In this document: positions 47,535 to 58,662 of the stretch, in pieces | How positions within the stretch are numbered: the first letter of the stretch is position 1 | Layout: every line of letters begins with the position of its first letter | Origin: Candidatus Hadarchaeota archaeon | Lineage (GTDB): Archaea > Hadarchaeota > Hadarchaeia > Hadarchaeales > JAGGTB01 | NCBI GenBank assembly: GCA_964399085.1 | Contig: CAYNPN010000004.1 | Span: forward strand, 15,680 to 79,679 | DNA length: 64,000 nucleotides | Direction of reading: 5' to 3' | Notes under the pieces: model-generated | The model's database searches: none | Told to the model about the DNA's origin: nothing | What the model saw: the letters and a program-made list of their open reading frames with translations, nothing else | Translations under genes and position numbers: made by a program

Positions 47535-49463
47535 TTAACCCTTATCCTCTAAATCCTCGACGGCGAAATCTAGACCAAGATCGATAAGTTTTTCTTTTGT
47601 TGGAACCGAATTTTCTGGGTTCCACCTTCTTTCTTCATAATAACTACTTAGAATTGATTCGGCTTCATCCTTATCAATTCTATGAGTCTTTGCATAATCT
47701 TGAAGATAAACTTCCTCTCCTCTCCAAGAGAGTGGCTCTTCAGTCACTTTTTTCGACCATTCATCATCTTCTCTAGAAAAGCCCTCCTTAACATTCATAA
47801 CTTTCTGCAAATTCCATGTTCTTTCTCCTACTTCTATAATTTCATCAGTCGTTTTTTCTATGCCCGTAGCTTTATTGTAGACATTAGCGACTTTAAAGGG
47901 AGGCATATACAAAGCACCTATCCAAAACCTGACACATAATCCCAGTGAATTCATGGCTGTATTGAAGTTCTCTACATATGGAGTGACTCTTCCAACGTTC
48001 CAACTGTCTTCGGAAATCGCTCTTTCTATCGCTTCTGGCGTTGCACCGAGTCTTCCCATCAACCTCATAATTGAATCTACCCCCCTTCCAGGATTAGCGG
48101 TGATAGTTAATCCGCTTCCTGATATTGCTCCCCTTTGGCAAGTCAAGTACGCAAATGCTTCTACCCCATTCAAAGCTCTTGGATCAAATGGAGGCCACAA
48201 CCCTTTAACGAGCACTGCTTTATCCTTGTCTACTCCCAGCTTTTCTAACATTGGTTCTATCCCTCCCCCTGCTATCTCGAAAATTCCGTCTCTGTTTACT
48301 AGTCTCTCAATAGCAAGCTTTCCAGTTTCAAAACTCCTCGTCAAATCGATTCCCACATCTTTCTCTTTTATATCTCCTTGTTCTTTTAGATAGAATAAAA
48401 GCTCCATCATATAGGAAAAATCAAGCTCGTCAATCCCATAGTCATTACAGAAATAATGGAGCTTCGCTCCTTCTTCTAAGGTCGAATTAAAAACAGAAGC
48501 TAAAAAGGCTATATTCGCTGATGTAGCCGTATGGATTTCATCCTCGAACTCTTCTTCCTCAGGTTCGATAGTTACTTTGTCTGGCGAGATGCACCCTGGA
48601 GCACACCAAGACTTTGTATCAAAAGCATCCTTAAACCTTTCTTCTCCTAACTTCTCCTTATCCTCCTCAGTTAGGAAGGCAGTGTTATTTTCCTTTAGTA
48701 CCAAACCAGTGTCAATCCATTGATCAACAATTGCCCCACCATAGCCGTAATTTTTCAAATCCCCCCCGACTGGATTCATCTTAGCAAATGACTCCATCGT
48801 TTCGCGAATTTCTGTTATCTCTCCCGGATATGCTTCCTTTATTCCATTTGTACCTCGGCTGATGACTGCTTTCAAATTTTTGCTTCCCATTATAGCACCA
48901 AATCCTCCCCTTCCCAGGGTAGAGATTTTGTCAACAAAAGGCATAGCTAGGCGAAGCAAGTTTTCCCCAGCGGGGCCAATAGTAAGGGCTGTAGCCCCTT
49001 CGTGTTTTTCATAAAGAATATCTGTTGATTTGTTGATTCCTTCTCCCCAAATTTCACCTGCATCGAGAATTTCTATATCTTCGTCAAATATTCCCAAATA
49101 AACAGGTTTGTCTGCTTTACCGGTAATTACTACGTGATCATATCCGGCCCATTTGAATTGATGTGCAAGCCCATCCCCTGTAGCCGTACCTATAGCTCCG
49201 TTGAGAGGTTGCTTAGACGTCATAAATACTTTCGATGCCGAGGGAACTCGTGTACCCGTTAATGCTCCAGCACCGAGGATAAGGGGATTATCTTCAGAAA
49301 GAGGCTTAATACTAGGTTCAATGAAATCGTAGGCCAATCTCATGTTTATTCCACCTCCCCCAATGAAATTTTCTATAAGATTACGGTCAAGCTCTTCCTT
49401 TTTTATAGTCTCAGAACTTAAGTCAACATATAGAATCTTTCCTGCATATCCTGGAACTTCCAT
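47535..49463 (-). CDS. Aldehyde:ferredoxin oxidoreductase (tungsten AOR family), copy 2
   Basis: 642 aa. AOR N-terminal domain MEVPGYAGKILYVDLSSETIKKEEL and conserved AOR catalytic domains. Confidence 0.85.
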   Translation of the reverse strand: MEVPGYAGKILYVDLSSETIKKEELDRNLIENFIGGGGINMRLAYDFIEPSIKPLSEDNPLILGAGALTGTRVPSASKVFMTSKQPLNGAIGTATGDGLAHQFKWAGYDHVVITGKADKPVYLGIFDEDIEILDAGEIWGEGINKSTDILYEKHEGATALTIGPAGENLLRLAMPFVDKISTLGRGGFGAIMGSKNLKAVISRGTNGIKEAYPGEITEIRETMESFAKMNPVGGDLKNYGYGGAIVDQWIDTGLVLKENNTAFLTEEDKEKLGEERFKDAFDTKSWCAPGCISPDKVTIEPEEEEFEDEIHTATSANIAFLASVFNSTLEEGAKLHYFCNDYGIDELDFSYMMELLFYLKEQGDIKEKDVGIDLTRSFETGKLAIERLVNRDGIFEIAGGGIEPMLEKLGVDKDKAVLVKGLWPPFDPRALNGVEAFAYLTCQRGAISGSGLTITANPGRGVDSIMRLMGRLGATPEAIERAISEDSWNVGRVTPYVENFNTAMNSLGLCVRFWIGALYMPPFKVANVYNKATGIEKTTDEIIEVGERTWNLQKVMNVKEGFSREDDEWSKKVTEEPLSWRGEEVYLQDYAKTHRIDKDEAESILSSYYEERRWNPENSVPTKEKLIDLGLDFAVEDLEDKG

Positions 49464-49464
49464 T

Positions 49465-49737
49465 TTATTCCCCTTCCATTACTCTTAGTTCTCTGGCTCC
49501 ATATTCACAAGCCTCAACACAACGACCACATCTAGTGCATTCCGGTTCAAGATACAGCTTAAAATTTCCTCCACCTTTCCTAACTACCTTCGTATGAGCT
49601 TCTCTCGGGGAAACCTTTCCAGAATACTTTTCTGAACATGCCATCATACACATCATACATCCGTTACACTCTTCAGAATGAAGGACGAGCTTTCTTTTGG
49701 GTTTATCTGAAGCTTTAGAAGACATAGAGACCCTCAT
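49465..49737 (-). CDS. Ferredoxin-like [4Fe-4S] protein
   Basis: CNGCMMCMMAC and CTRCGRCVEAC motifs. Confidence 0.75.
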   Translation of the reverse strand: MRVSMSSKASDKPKRKLVLHSEECNGCMMCMMACSEKYSGKVSPREAHTKVVRKGGGNFKLYLEPECTRCGRCVEACEYGARELRVMEGE

Positions 49738-50396
49738 AAATAGGCTGGCATTTCCCTCCTAACTTCATCTCCTGCCTTTAAATCTCTAGTAACATTGGCT
49801 ATACGTTCACCGAACTGATTTGCTTTCTCCTGTAGCTCTTCACCTGAAAGCATGTTTGGAAAGTTTTCAGATTTGAACTCGGAATATATGGGACCAACAG
49901 GTAGTCCTCCTAAAAGAAGAGCAGGCGCAATAAACCGGATTGTTCCACTTTCTATTCCACAATACGGCCAGATGAAAGAAGTGGAGGAAATAACCTTACC
50001 AAAACCCTGTGGGCCCTTAGGGCCGGCTAACCCATAAAATCTTCCTTCCCCGAATGCCCTTAGGCGATCTAAAAATGACTTCCATTTCCAAGTCATATTT
50101 CTCATATTTCTGGGTGTACCCGCCACCATTGCATCTGCTTTCAAAACTTTTGGATAAAGCTCTTGCATGTCGTCATCGATTGAACAGTATACTCCTTCTT
50201 CTTGACTTTCAACACACCAGTTGCAGTGAATACATCCAATAATGTCCTTATCTGCAAGAAAAACCAATTCAGTTTCGACATCTTCCACTCTATTAGCGGA
50301 ATCAAGAACCATCTCCAGAATCTCAACGCCTTTTGCCTCTTTTTTAGGGCACAATGATATTCCGAGAATATTAACCTTATTTTTATTTTCTTCCAT
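49734..50396 (-). CDS. Iron-sulfur flavoprotein / NADPH-dependent FMN reductase-like (flavodoxin fold), copy 1
   Basis: Isf-like N-terminal Cys motif (CIHCNWC...C) and a flavodoxin-like fold. 4-nt overlap with the ferredoxin gene. Confidence 0.65.
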   Translation of the reverse strand: MEENKNKVNILGISLCPKKEAKGVEILEMVLDSANRVEDVETELVFLADKDIIGCIHCNWCVESQEEGVYCSIDDDMQELYPKVLKADAMVAGTPRNMRNMTWKWKSFLDRLRAFGEGRFYGLAGPKGPQGFGKVISSTSFIWPYCGIESGTIRFIAPALLLGGLPVGPIYSEFKSENFPNMLSGEELQEKANQFGERIANVTRDLKAGDEVRREMPAYL

Positions 50397-50423
50397 TCTT
50401 AAATCTCCCTTTCGATTAACTAA

Positions 50424-51170
50424 TTAAAGTGGCTCACCAAGCTTATATCCTTCTATTTCGTCAAACGCTGTTCGGCCATATTTCAGCATCTTAGTAACTT
50501 CCGCAAATCTTTCACCTAATTCACTTGCTCTCCGATGAGCGAAAGAGTCTTCTTCCACTGCAAGCTCCTCACCTGAGGGTGCTTCAGAAACGCCTCCAAT
50601 GCCAAAACCAAAACCCGGACTTACTGGAATCATGCCATAGTACATCGAAATTTCATAAATACTAAACATAGCAGTTTCTATTCCTCCATGTCTAAACCAT
50701 GCTACTTGGGCCGATGTCACTGGCTTATTAACTAATACACCTTTTTCAGGGCCCTCAAAGCCATAATACCGGCCTATCGCAAAGGCGCTTAACCTATCTA
50801 AAAAAGCTCTTAATATCCAAGTTTCGCGAGCTATATAGACAGGATTTCCATATATAAGCGCATCCGAGTCTAAAACCTTAGGATATAAATCTTGCATATC
50901 GTCTTTTAAAGAACAAAAATCATTTTCCTTTTGATGCTCAGCACACCAATTACAATCAGCCGGGCAACCTTCCAACTTTTTCCCCACTAGAGGGATGAAC
51001 TCTGTCTGGACATCATCTAACTTTTCTGCATTTCTTAAAAGTTCCTTCAAAAGATATTCTGTGTTGCCATCTTTAATTGGAGAACCACAAATTCCAGTTA
51101 TTTTCAAATCCATAGTTAGGAATAATACTAATTCTTGTATTAATAAAATTTTCCATTTATTCGACTTCAT
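50424..51170 (-). CDS. Iron-sulfur flavoprotein / NADPH-dependent FMN reductase-like, copy 2
   Basis: A paralog of the previous gene (ITGICGSPIKDGNTEYLL..., CPADCNWCAEH). Confidence 0.65.
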   Translation of the reverse strand: MKSNKWKILLIQELVLFLTMDLKITGICGSPIKDGNTEYLLKELLRNAEKLDDVQTEFIPLVGKKLEGCPADCNWCAEHQKENDFCSLKDDMQDLYPKVLDSDALIYGNPVYIARETWILRAFLDRLSAFAIGRYYGFEGPEKGVLVNKPVTSAQVAWFRHGGIETAMFSIYEISMYYGMIPVSPGFGFGIGGVSEAPSGEELAVEEDSFAHRRASELGERFAEVTKMLKYGRTAFDEIEGYKLGEPL

Positions 51171-51824
51171 CCCGAAAAAGTGTCAGCAGAGGTTTTTTTG
51201 TGATCTGGCATTAGGATTTCTCTGGAGAGTTTTAGAATGCCAGCCTGCTGATTTTTTTGTAAAATCCACTGACCGAGTTAAGTGGTTTGAAGATAATTAC
51301 CTCTGAACGATTTGGGACTTGTTGTGATTTTCCCCAGTTAGAACTCGACTCATCTGCTGTTTCCGAGTTCGAAGGCTTTCAGGAATGGTTCTTTCCTCCT
51401 GCAACGTTTCCTTATGCTCGAGAGTGCTCTGCTGAATCTTTTCTTGATGGAGGAGAACGCGCTTTCGACGAAAAATTTAACGGGGCAGCCTGCCTCTCAG
51501 ACTTATTCTTCATCCGCCCTTTCTTTCATCATCTCTCGGTAAGCCCGATGACCTTTGGACTTGGCGGTGGTATTCTTATTCGGCTTAAAGTACGGTTCGG
51601 CGTTTTTCCCCCCATGATGGTGCAGGATTCTCGCCTGAATTGCGCCTTGTCTTCGGAGACGGAAGCGATGAATCATACTCCTCTCAGCATCGCCTTGCCG
51701 ACGGGGTGACGTGTGTATCCGATTTAGTCATTCTAACCTCCAAAATCTGTCCGGAATGTTGTTTAGAAGCACGTGCAGTTTCAGATAGTTTTTCCCCGTT
51801 TTGCTCACCTATCCCGACATCATG

Positions 51825-52088
51825 CTATTTACTTGAACTTCTAGTGGAGAAGCCAAAGCTTTCGATCGCCGTATTCCGGTCTTCCTCGACCTCTAGAATC
51901 GTTTCCTTGAGCAATTCCCTGAAAAACTTCGTTGAAGTTTTCCTTATCTCCGGATGAATCACGCTTTGGGTCGGGATTCGGTTCACATCGAATATCTTGA
52001 AATAAAATTCTCTCATCCCTTTCAACCCGGCTTCGATTTCGTCGTAACTTGCGGAAAAATAAATTTTTAGCACTAGAGCCCCACTCAC
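51825..52088 (-). CDS. Hypothetical protein, possibly part of a longer degraded gene
   Basis: An 87-aa ORF. The same frame stays open a further 40 codons upstream without a start codon, inside a gap of about 1.2 kb (51180-52420) that lacks convincing genes. Confidence 0.25.
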   Translation of the reverse strand: MSGALVLKIYFSASYDEIEAGLKGMREFYFKIFDVNRIPTQSVIHPEIRKTSTKFFRELLKETILEVEEDRNTAIESFGFSTRSSSK

Positions 52089-52427
52089 TTTGCGGAGCGG
52101 ATGAGGATTACCTCTTGAGCCTATATTCCATGGAAGTTCTATGCCTTCGGGAAGGTCGGCGAGAGGCTTGTAGAAAGCCTGTCGAGGTCTCTGTTCACTG
52201 AACTGTAGATATAAGGGTTCACTTTTCCTTCAATTCGCGGGCCTGAACTCACAAAGACATCTCCATGCCGAATTCTTCATCCGCTCCTATAGTCCAGCTT
52301 CCGGACGGGAGAAAAACCTAACCGAGCGTAAACAAATCTCCTCTAAAAAGTCTTTTTAAAAACAGTTTTTTCGAATGAAGCCAAAAGAAACACAAATTAT
52401 AAAAAAATTCGATTAATAGTTGGTAAT

Positions 52428-54383
52428 ATGAATCTAGAAAATATTAATAAAATAACTGTTATTGGCGCAGGAGAGATGGGTCATGGAATTGCAGAGGTCG
52501 CTGCTCTCGCGGGATATGATGTAGCTTTGTATGACATAGAGGAAGACATACTTGAAAATGCAATGAATAACGTTGAGAATAGTCTAGCAAAATTACAAGA
52601 GAAGGATGTAATACCTAAAGAAATGATAGGAGAAACCCTAGATAGAATCTCCACAACAACAGATTTGAAAGAAGCTGGAAAAGACGCAGATTTTACTATA
52701 GAAGCTGGTCCTGAAAAATTGGATTTGAAAAGAGATATATTTTCGGATCTAGATGAGTACACGCCGGAACACGCCATCCTGTCATCGAACACTTCTTCCC
52801 TACCAATAACTGAAATAGCTGAAGCGGTTGATAGGCCTGAAAAAATAGTGGGAATGCACTGGTTCAACCCCCCCGTTCTAATGGATTTGGTTGAAGTTAT
52901 TTACGGCGAGGAAACTTCGGACGAGACAGCTCAAATAACCTATAAACTGACGGAGGATTTTGGAAAGACACCCATTTATTGCAGAAAGGATGTGCGAGGC
53001 TTCATTGTTAACAATGTATTGGGACCTTTCATGGGTGAACCTATGTGGATGGTTTCGCGGAATGAAGCAGAAATTAGAGAAGTTGACGCTGGCATGGTGT
53101 ATCAATGTGGATATCCGATGGGTCCTTTCGAACTCTCTGACATGACAGGGATCGATATAAATTACCACGTAAGAGAGGAAGCCGGTGATGAAATCCCTCC
53201 AATAATGGAAGAAAAAGTAGAAAAAGATGAACTTGGACGAAAGAAAGGAAAAGGATTCTATGATTATGAGGAAGGAGAAGGCGTAAATTATGAAAAAGGA
53301 CAAGGAGAGGACTTTGATACACTTCGTATAGAGGCCCTGATGGTGAACGAGGCTGCAAGACTAATTCAAATTGGAGCAGCCAAACCCGAAGAAGTGGATA
53401 CTGGCATGCGACTCGGAACAGGTTTTCCCGAGGGTCCGTGCAGACGAGCTGATAAAATAGGAATAGACAAAATCCTTGAAAAATTAGAAGAATTGTACAG
53501 TGAATATGGTGAAGAACGCTACAAGCCAGTAGATTTGCTAAAAGAAAAAGTAGAAGCTGGAGAAACAGGCGAAGAAGCAGGCACGGGATTCTACAACTAT
53601 GGAGGAAAAGAACGGACATTTCACACCATTGATGTTGAAGGACCGGATGACCGAGGACTAGTAAATATAACTCTAAGTAGGCCATCGAGACTCAACTCTT
53701 TCAACGAGGATATGATGGAAGAAATCCCAGTTTTTATCGACGGTCTAGACCCCGAAGAAGTTCGCTGTATTGTTTTAGAAGGAGAAGGAGATCGCGCTTT
53801 TTCGGCAGGTGCCGACGTAGGGATGTTCGAGAACCTGAGTCCTCACGAGGCAGGGAAAGTCAACGAAGTTTTCAAGGTTTTAGAGGACTTTGAAGCACCC
53901 GTAATAGCGAAAATTGATGGACTGGCGCTTGGTGGTGGTCTGGAAATTGCTATGTCGTGCGATTTTAGAATAGCGAGCGAAGAATCTAAATTAGGTCAGC
54001 CGGAAATCAATCTGGGAATTATACCAGGAGGGGGCGGAACACAAAGACTCCCCCGACTTATCGGAGAAACAAGAGCAAAGGAAATGATTCTTAGAGGTAA
54101 GAGAATAGGAGCAGAAACTGCAGAAGAATGGGGACTGATTAACCGAGCGGTTCCCCAAGATGAGCTAGACGAAACAGTGGAAGAATTTGTAGAAGACATG
54201 GTCGAGGGACCAGTGGCAATAAAGATTGCAAAGAAAGTGATAAATGAAGGGCGTGAGATGGATCTCGACGCTGCAATGGAGCTAGAATCGAAAGGTTTCG
54301 GTTTATTGTTCGGAACTGAAGATATGAAGGAAGGTGTGTCGGCCTTCCAAGAGGACCGAGAGCCAGAATTTAAGGGGAAATGA
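52428..54383 (+). CDS. Bifunctional 3-hydroxyacyl-CoA dehydrogenase (N-terminal) / enoyl-CoA hydratase (C-terminal) fusion
   Basis: N-terminal [14 protein letters not shown] Rossmann motif plus a HADH C-terminal domain. The C-terminal third is a crotonase fold (FSAGADVG..., [16 protein letters not shown]). Confidence 0.85.
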   Translation: MNLENINKITVIGAGEMGHGIAEVAALAGYDVALYDIEEDILENAMNNVENSLAKLQEKDVIPKEMIGETLDRISTTTDLKEAGKDADFTIEAGPEKLDLKRDIFSDLDEYTPEHAILSSNTSSLPITEIAEAVDRPEKIVGMHWFNPPVLMDLVEVIYGEETSDETAQITYKLTEDFGKTPIYCRKDVRGFIVNNVLGPFMGEPMWMVSRNEAEIREVDAGMVYQCGYPMGPFELSDMTGIDINYHVREEAGDEIPPIMEEKVEKDELGRKKGKGFYDYEEGEGVNYEKGQGEDFDTLRIEALMVNEAARLIQIGAAKPEEVDTGMRLGTGFPEGPCRRADKIGIDKILEKLEELYSEYGEERYKPVDLLKEKVEAGETGEEAGTGFYNYGGKERTFHTIDVEGPDDRGLVNITLSRPSRLNSFNEDMMEEIPVFIDGLDPEEVRCIVLEGEGDRAFSAGADVGMFENLSPHEAGKVNEVFKVLEDFEAPVIAKIDGLALGGGLEIAMSCDFRIASEESKLGQPEINLGIIPGGGGTQRLPRLIGETRAKEMILRGKRIGAETAEEWGLINRAVPQDELDETVEEFVEDMVEGPVAIKIAKKVINEGREMDLDAAMELESKGFGLLFGTEDMKEGVSAFQEDREPEFKGK

Positions 54384-54994
54384 TCTGTTAAAATACATTC
54401 CGTAAAGAAAGCCCCAAGCCACGAGTAATTTGACGATTGTAGAGAAAGTGTCAAGCAGGCTAGCTAATGAGTATCCATTTAGGATATAGGCTCGTTAATA
54501 CTTTCAGTCACAAATAAGAAACAAAAAGGAATGTAAGCATAAAAGCTAAGTTAGTCAAAGGGAGCGGGGAAACGAAGATACGGAGTAAGTTATTACTCTA
54601 CTCTGACAGGTATTGCGATGATAACTACAGAACGCTTCCTAAAATTTGAGAAGCTCTGCTAGTCCGCGAGATTGGTTCACTCTCCAAAGTGGGTCGGCTC
54701 TAAGAAAACTCGTGGATTGATTTAGGAGGAGGACTATTAGATTCACTAAGGAGTCGTACGAAACATAATTCTCCAAGAGGCTTAAAGAAAGCTGAAGCAA
54801 CCTGCTTTAGATGTTAATACGAGAAAACTAATCAAAATCATCGACTGGATGTTAGAACTCAAAAAAAGTTCCACCTGAAGATCGATTCCCGCAGATTGGG
54901 CTAAAATTCGATGAAAACCCTTCTCTTTATACTTTCATTCCTGTTTTTCTTTTCTTGGAATTTGCTCTTGTTTAAATGCTAGGTTTTAAAGATC

Positions 54995-55870
54995 TCATTT
55001 TCTGTTTTCTGTCCAGAAATCCTTTACTAGTTTTCGTCGTTGAGCCCAAGGATCTTCTTTTTCTTCGAATGCTTTGGCTCCTCTCCCGGTTTTATGAGGT
55101 GATTTTCCCTCCCCGAAAAAATCGCTATTTGATGCAATCATTCCAGCAGATAACGCTTCAAATCCCTGAGCCGTGTAAAGGTCCGCTTCAATTCCTTTAT
55201 TAATAATAAATTTAAGCTGTCTCAAAACCTGTTGGTTCTTTGAAAGAATAACATTCACAAGTTCATCAATCTCTTCGTCCAATTGATTCTTTGGTACTAC
55301 TCGATTCCAAAGATTGAGCTCTACTGCCCGTTTAGCAGAATAGAGGCCTCCCAACATATTAACTTCCTTGGCTCGCCTACGCCCTATAAGTCTTGAAAGT
55401 CTAGTAGTGCCACCCCACCCTGGGGTAATTCCAAGATCTACCTCGGGTAAACCCCACTTAGAGTTCTCCGTAGCTATAACAAAGTCGCAAGCCATTGTAA
55501 TTTCAAGACCTCCACCAACAGCATATCCATCAACGGCCCCGATGGTGATTTTGTCAAGTTCCTCAAGCTCATTCGCCATACGCTGATATATATGAACTCG
55601 TCGCATCACTTCATTAGGATTTCCCCATTCCGGGAACTCACTAATGTCATCACCAGAACTAAATGCATCCCCTGCTCCCTTGATAACAAGCACGTTCAAT
55701 CCAGAGTCATTTCGAATCTTTCTAATTTCTTCATGTATTTCTTCTGATAAACTAATTGACAAGGCGTTTTGACTTTCCGGCCGGTTTAAAATCATCGTCG
55801 CTACTGGGGGATCCTTCTCGATAATTAGTTCTTCTTTATTTTCTCTTTTTGGCGTTTTTCTCACATCCAA
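54995..55870 (-). CDS. Enoyl-CoA hydratase/isomerase (crotonase family)
   Basis: FSSGDDISEF oxyanion-hole region and GGGLEITMACDFVIAT. Confidence 0.85.
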   Translation of the reverse strand: MDVRKTPKRENKEELIIEKDPPVATMILNRPESQNALSISLSEEIHEEIRKIRNDSGLNVLVIKGAGDAFSSGDDISEFPEWGNPNEVMRRVHIYQRMANELEELDKITIGAVDGYAVGGGLEITMACDFVIATENSKWGLPEVDLGITPGWGGTTRLSRLIGRRRAKEVNMLGGLYSAKRAVELNLWNRVVPKNQLDEEIDELVNVILSKNQQVLRQLKFIINKGIEADLYTAQGFEALSAGMIASNSDFFGEGKSPHKTGRGAKAFEEKEDPWAQRRKLVKDFWTENRK

Positions 55871-56681
55871 TCTTTGAAGGATATTTTTTGTTCTAACTTT
55901 TTATAACTTCGGAAAAAGCTACTATGTTGCGCAATTATCTTTATTACTGATTTCCGAATCTTCTGTTTTTCGTAGTTTCGTTTAGTTTTAGTGTTTCAGT
56001 TGTAAAATACAAAGAGACTATTTATATGCCGCTTGATTGGAAAAAATATAACTAAAAGCTCGTAATGCGTGCCGAGTTTTACCCAGGAATTGGGACAATA
56101 AACTAGAGGAGATGAAAGAGGTAAAGTGGAAAGAACTTACTAGTATCCGGAGATTTTTGTATTGTTTGTTGTTCTCTGAGACGAATTTTTTGCCCTGACG
56201 TATTGTCAACTCAAAACTCAAATGAATTCTGAGAAGGCTTGGCGAGCTGGTCCGAGAGTTAGATACTTCTGACTATAGGAGTCTCTGCCACAGATTTCAT
56301 GATTTAGAAATCAAGATTTCCGAGAATGAAGACGAGACTGTCGTTGCGGTGAATGCCACCAGTGTTAAGGGGACGAGCCGCGGCGAATGGTTAAGGAAAT
56401 ACCACAAGGGAAGAGAAGAAGGTTCGCGCTGTATAGCCTAGTGAAGGGAATTTGAAGGTAAAGGAAAAAAGGTGGGCAGGAAATCATTTGGGGGAAATCG
56501 AAGTGTTTTTAGACGGGAATTATCCAACACGGCGGTTTCCATTGTAGTTCTACTTTTCAGCCATTCTTGATAGTATACCGGTTTTTTTCTGATTAAATGG
56601 GATGAAATCAAGACTTGTAAGTTTACAAAAAAATATTTTTGTTGATAGTATAGTTTAATTTGAAGTGGTTATTTGTGCCGG

Positions 56682-58316
56682 TTATTCTCTTAGGTCTTCT
56701 ATTTTCCCTTCCTCGAATTTTTCTTTTAAAGAAAACCTTTGAATATTCCCCGTAGCTGATTTGGGAAGCATATCTACGAAAACATATCTTCTAGGCCTTT
56801 TAAAATCCGCTATAAGATCGCTATCCAAACAATGCTCCTCTAACTCTTCTTCGTTGATGTCTTCCTCCTTTGGCACGATAAAAGCGGTAACAGTTTCACC
56901 GTACTGTTCGTGGGTTGTTCCGGCTACCCCAACCTCTTTTACTTTCGGATGTGCTTCAAGGACTTCTTCAACCTCTACCGGATAAATGTTCTCTCCACCG
57001 CTTATTATCATATCTCCTTTCCGTCCCTCCAACCAGATTGCTCCATCCTCGTCCTTATATCCTGCATCGCCTGTGTAACGCCATCCGTCCTCTCCTATCG
57101 TCTTCTCAGTTTCTTCAGGGTCTTTCCAATATTCTTTCATTGGGCCGGCGGATCCTCTTACAATTACTTCACCTGTCTCACCAATATCACAAATGTCTTC
57201 CGGACCGGCACTCGTTCCTTCCTCAGATTTAACAATCCTCACCTCATTGTCCAATGCTAAAGTTGTGAAACCGGTTGACCCAATCTTATCCTTTCTCTCT
57301 AAAAGATCCACTCCAGATATAAGGTAATACTCTGATTGACCGTAGCCCCAAAAGAATATTTCCATCGGAAATTCTTCCAACAACTTGTTCACCGTTCTTT
57401 TTTCAATCGGGGCAGCTGCGCCAGCACCTACCCTGAAAGAGCTAAGGTCATATTCTCCTAGGTCTGCTAGAAGCAACACTCTCCAAATTGCAGGGGGGGC
57501 AAACATTTCGGTGATAGACTCCTCTTCTATTGTCTCTAATATCTTTACTGCATCAAGATCATGAATGATGACATTCTTTGCTCCAGCCATGACCCGGGGT
57601 AGGAAATTATCTGCAAGTTCCGCAATGTGGAATAACGGGGATACTGACAGTCCTACATCATCTTCAGAGAGTTCTAACCAATCTATAAAGAGATAACTGA
57701 TTGGAAATACCTCTCCGTAACGATGAACACAGACTTTAGGTTTACCTGTCGTCCCTGCAGTATGAAAAAGAAGGTTTGGATCACTATTCTCGATATTTGG
57801 AGTTTCGGGTTCTTCTCCTCTATATTCTTCTATGAGACTGTAAAACGATTCTGAAAAATTCGGAGAATCTTCATCAATGTATATAAACTTATCTGTCTCC
57901 ACGTCGTCCTTTATTTTTTCCACAATCTCCTTTGTACTCTCCTCAAAAAGAAGGACTTTCGCCCCAACATGATTAAGGAGATACTTTACCTCGCCAGCTG
58001 CTAATCGATGGTTCATAGGAAATAATGGTGCACCTATTCTATTTGAAGAAAAAAGCGCTGTTGGAATCTCACTTCCGTTTGCAAGTAATGTTGAAACTCT
58101 ATCCCCCTTTTCAACTCCCAAATCCTGAAGCCCGGATGCCAGAGCCATTACTATGTCTCTCCATTCTGAGAAAGTCCACCTTTGGTCTTTTCTGGGATAC
58201 ACTATCGCCTCTTTTTCGGGGATTCTAGAAGCATTCATATCGAGTATTTCGTTCGTTGACATACCAATCATATTTAGCCTCAAACCGATTCTTTCTGGAG
58301 TCTCTTTACCTTTCAA
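56682..58316 (-). CDS. AMP-forming acyl-CoA synthetase/ligase
   Basis: HTAGTTGKPKV AMP-binding motif, YGQSE, GEVIVRG and YTGDAGYKDEDGAIWLEGRKGD. Confidence 0.85.
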   Translation of the reverse strand: MKGKETPERIGLRLNMIGMSTNEILDMNASRIPEKEAIVYPRKDQRWTFSEWRDIVMALASGLQDLGVEKGDRVSTLLANGSEIPTALFSSNRIGAPLFPMNHRLAAGEVKYLLNHVGAKVLLFEESTKEIVEKIKDDVETDKFIYIDEDSPNFSESFYSLIEEYRGEEPETPNIENSDPNLLFHTAGTTGKPKVCVHRYGEVFPISYLFIDWLELSEDDVGLSVSPLFHIAELADNFLPRVMAGAKNVIIHDLDAVKILETIEEESITEMFAPPAIWRVLLLADLGEYDLSSFRVGAGAAAPIEKRTVNKLLEEFPMEIFFWGYGQSEYYLISGVDLLERKDKIGSTGFTTLALDNEVRIVKSEEGTSAGPEDICDIGETGEVIVRGSAGPMKEYWKDPEETEKTIGEDGWRYTGDAGYKDEDGAIWLEGRKGDMIISGGENIYPVEVEEVLEAHPKVKEVGVAGTTHEQYGETVTAFIVPKEEDINEEELEEHCLDSDLIADFKRPRRYVFVDMLPKSATGNIQRFSLKEKFEEGKIEDLRE

Positions 58317-58662
58317 ATATAAAAAGTTTTGTATCTATTTCGATTTTTACGTAAAGGCTATATTTGACTTATTGGGCAGGTTCATTTGATTTTCGGAGTT
58401 CAACCGTCAGGGTAAGCTGAAGAAAGCTTCAGAAATCAGTTAGAACGATCCGAAATTGAAAAGAATACAACAAGGAGACCCCCAATCCCGGCGATTTTTT
58501 ATCGTAGTTTTGACTTTTTCGAGAATCGAGAAAACGAGTGAGATTCCAAAAAATTCCTAGCTTGCGTCCCGAAAGGAAATGCTTATTTTTTGAAGAAAAG
58601 TCAATTAATCTTGCTTTGTGAAATGCTGATATGATGGAAAGGTTTTTTTACAAACATCATAC

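Noticed and set aside
52481-53685. Three minus-strand ORFs (128-203 aa) inside the HADH-ECH fusion gene
   Set aside because: Antisense to a confidently identified 651-aa gene. Low-complexity Leu/Ser/Phe-rich translations.
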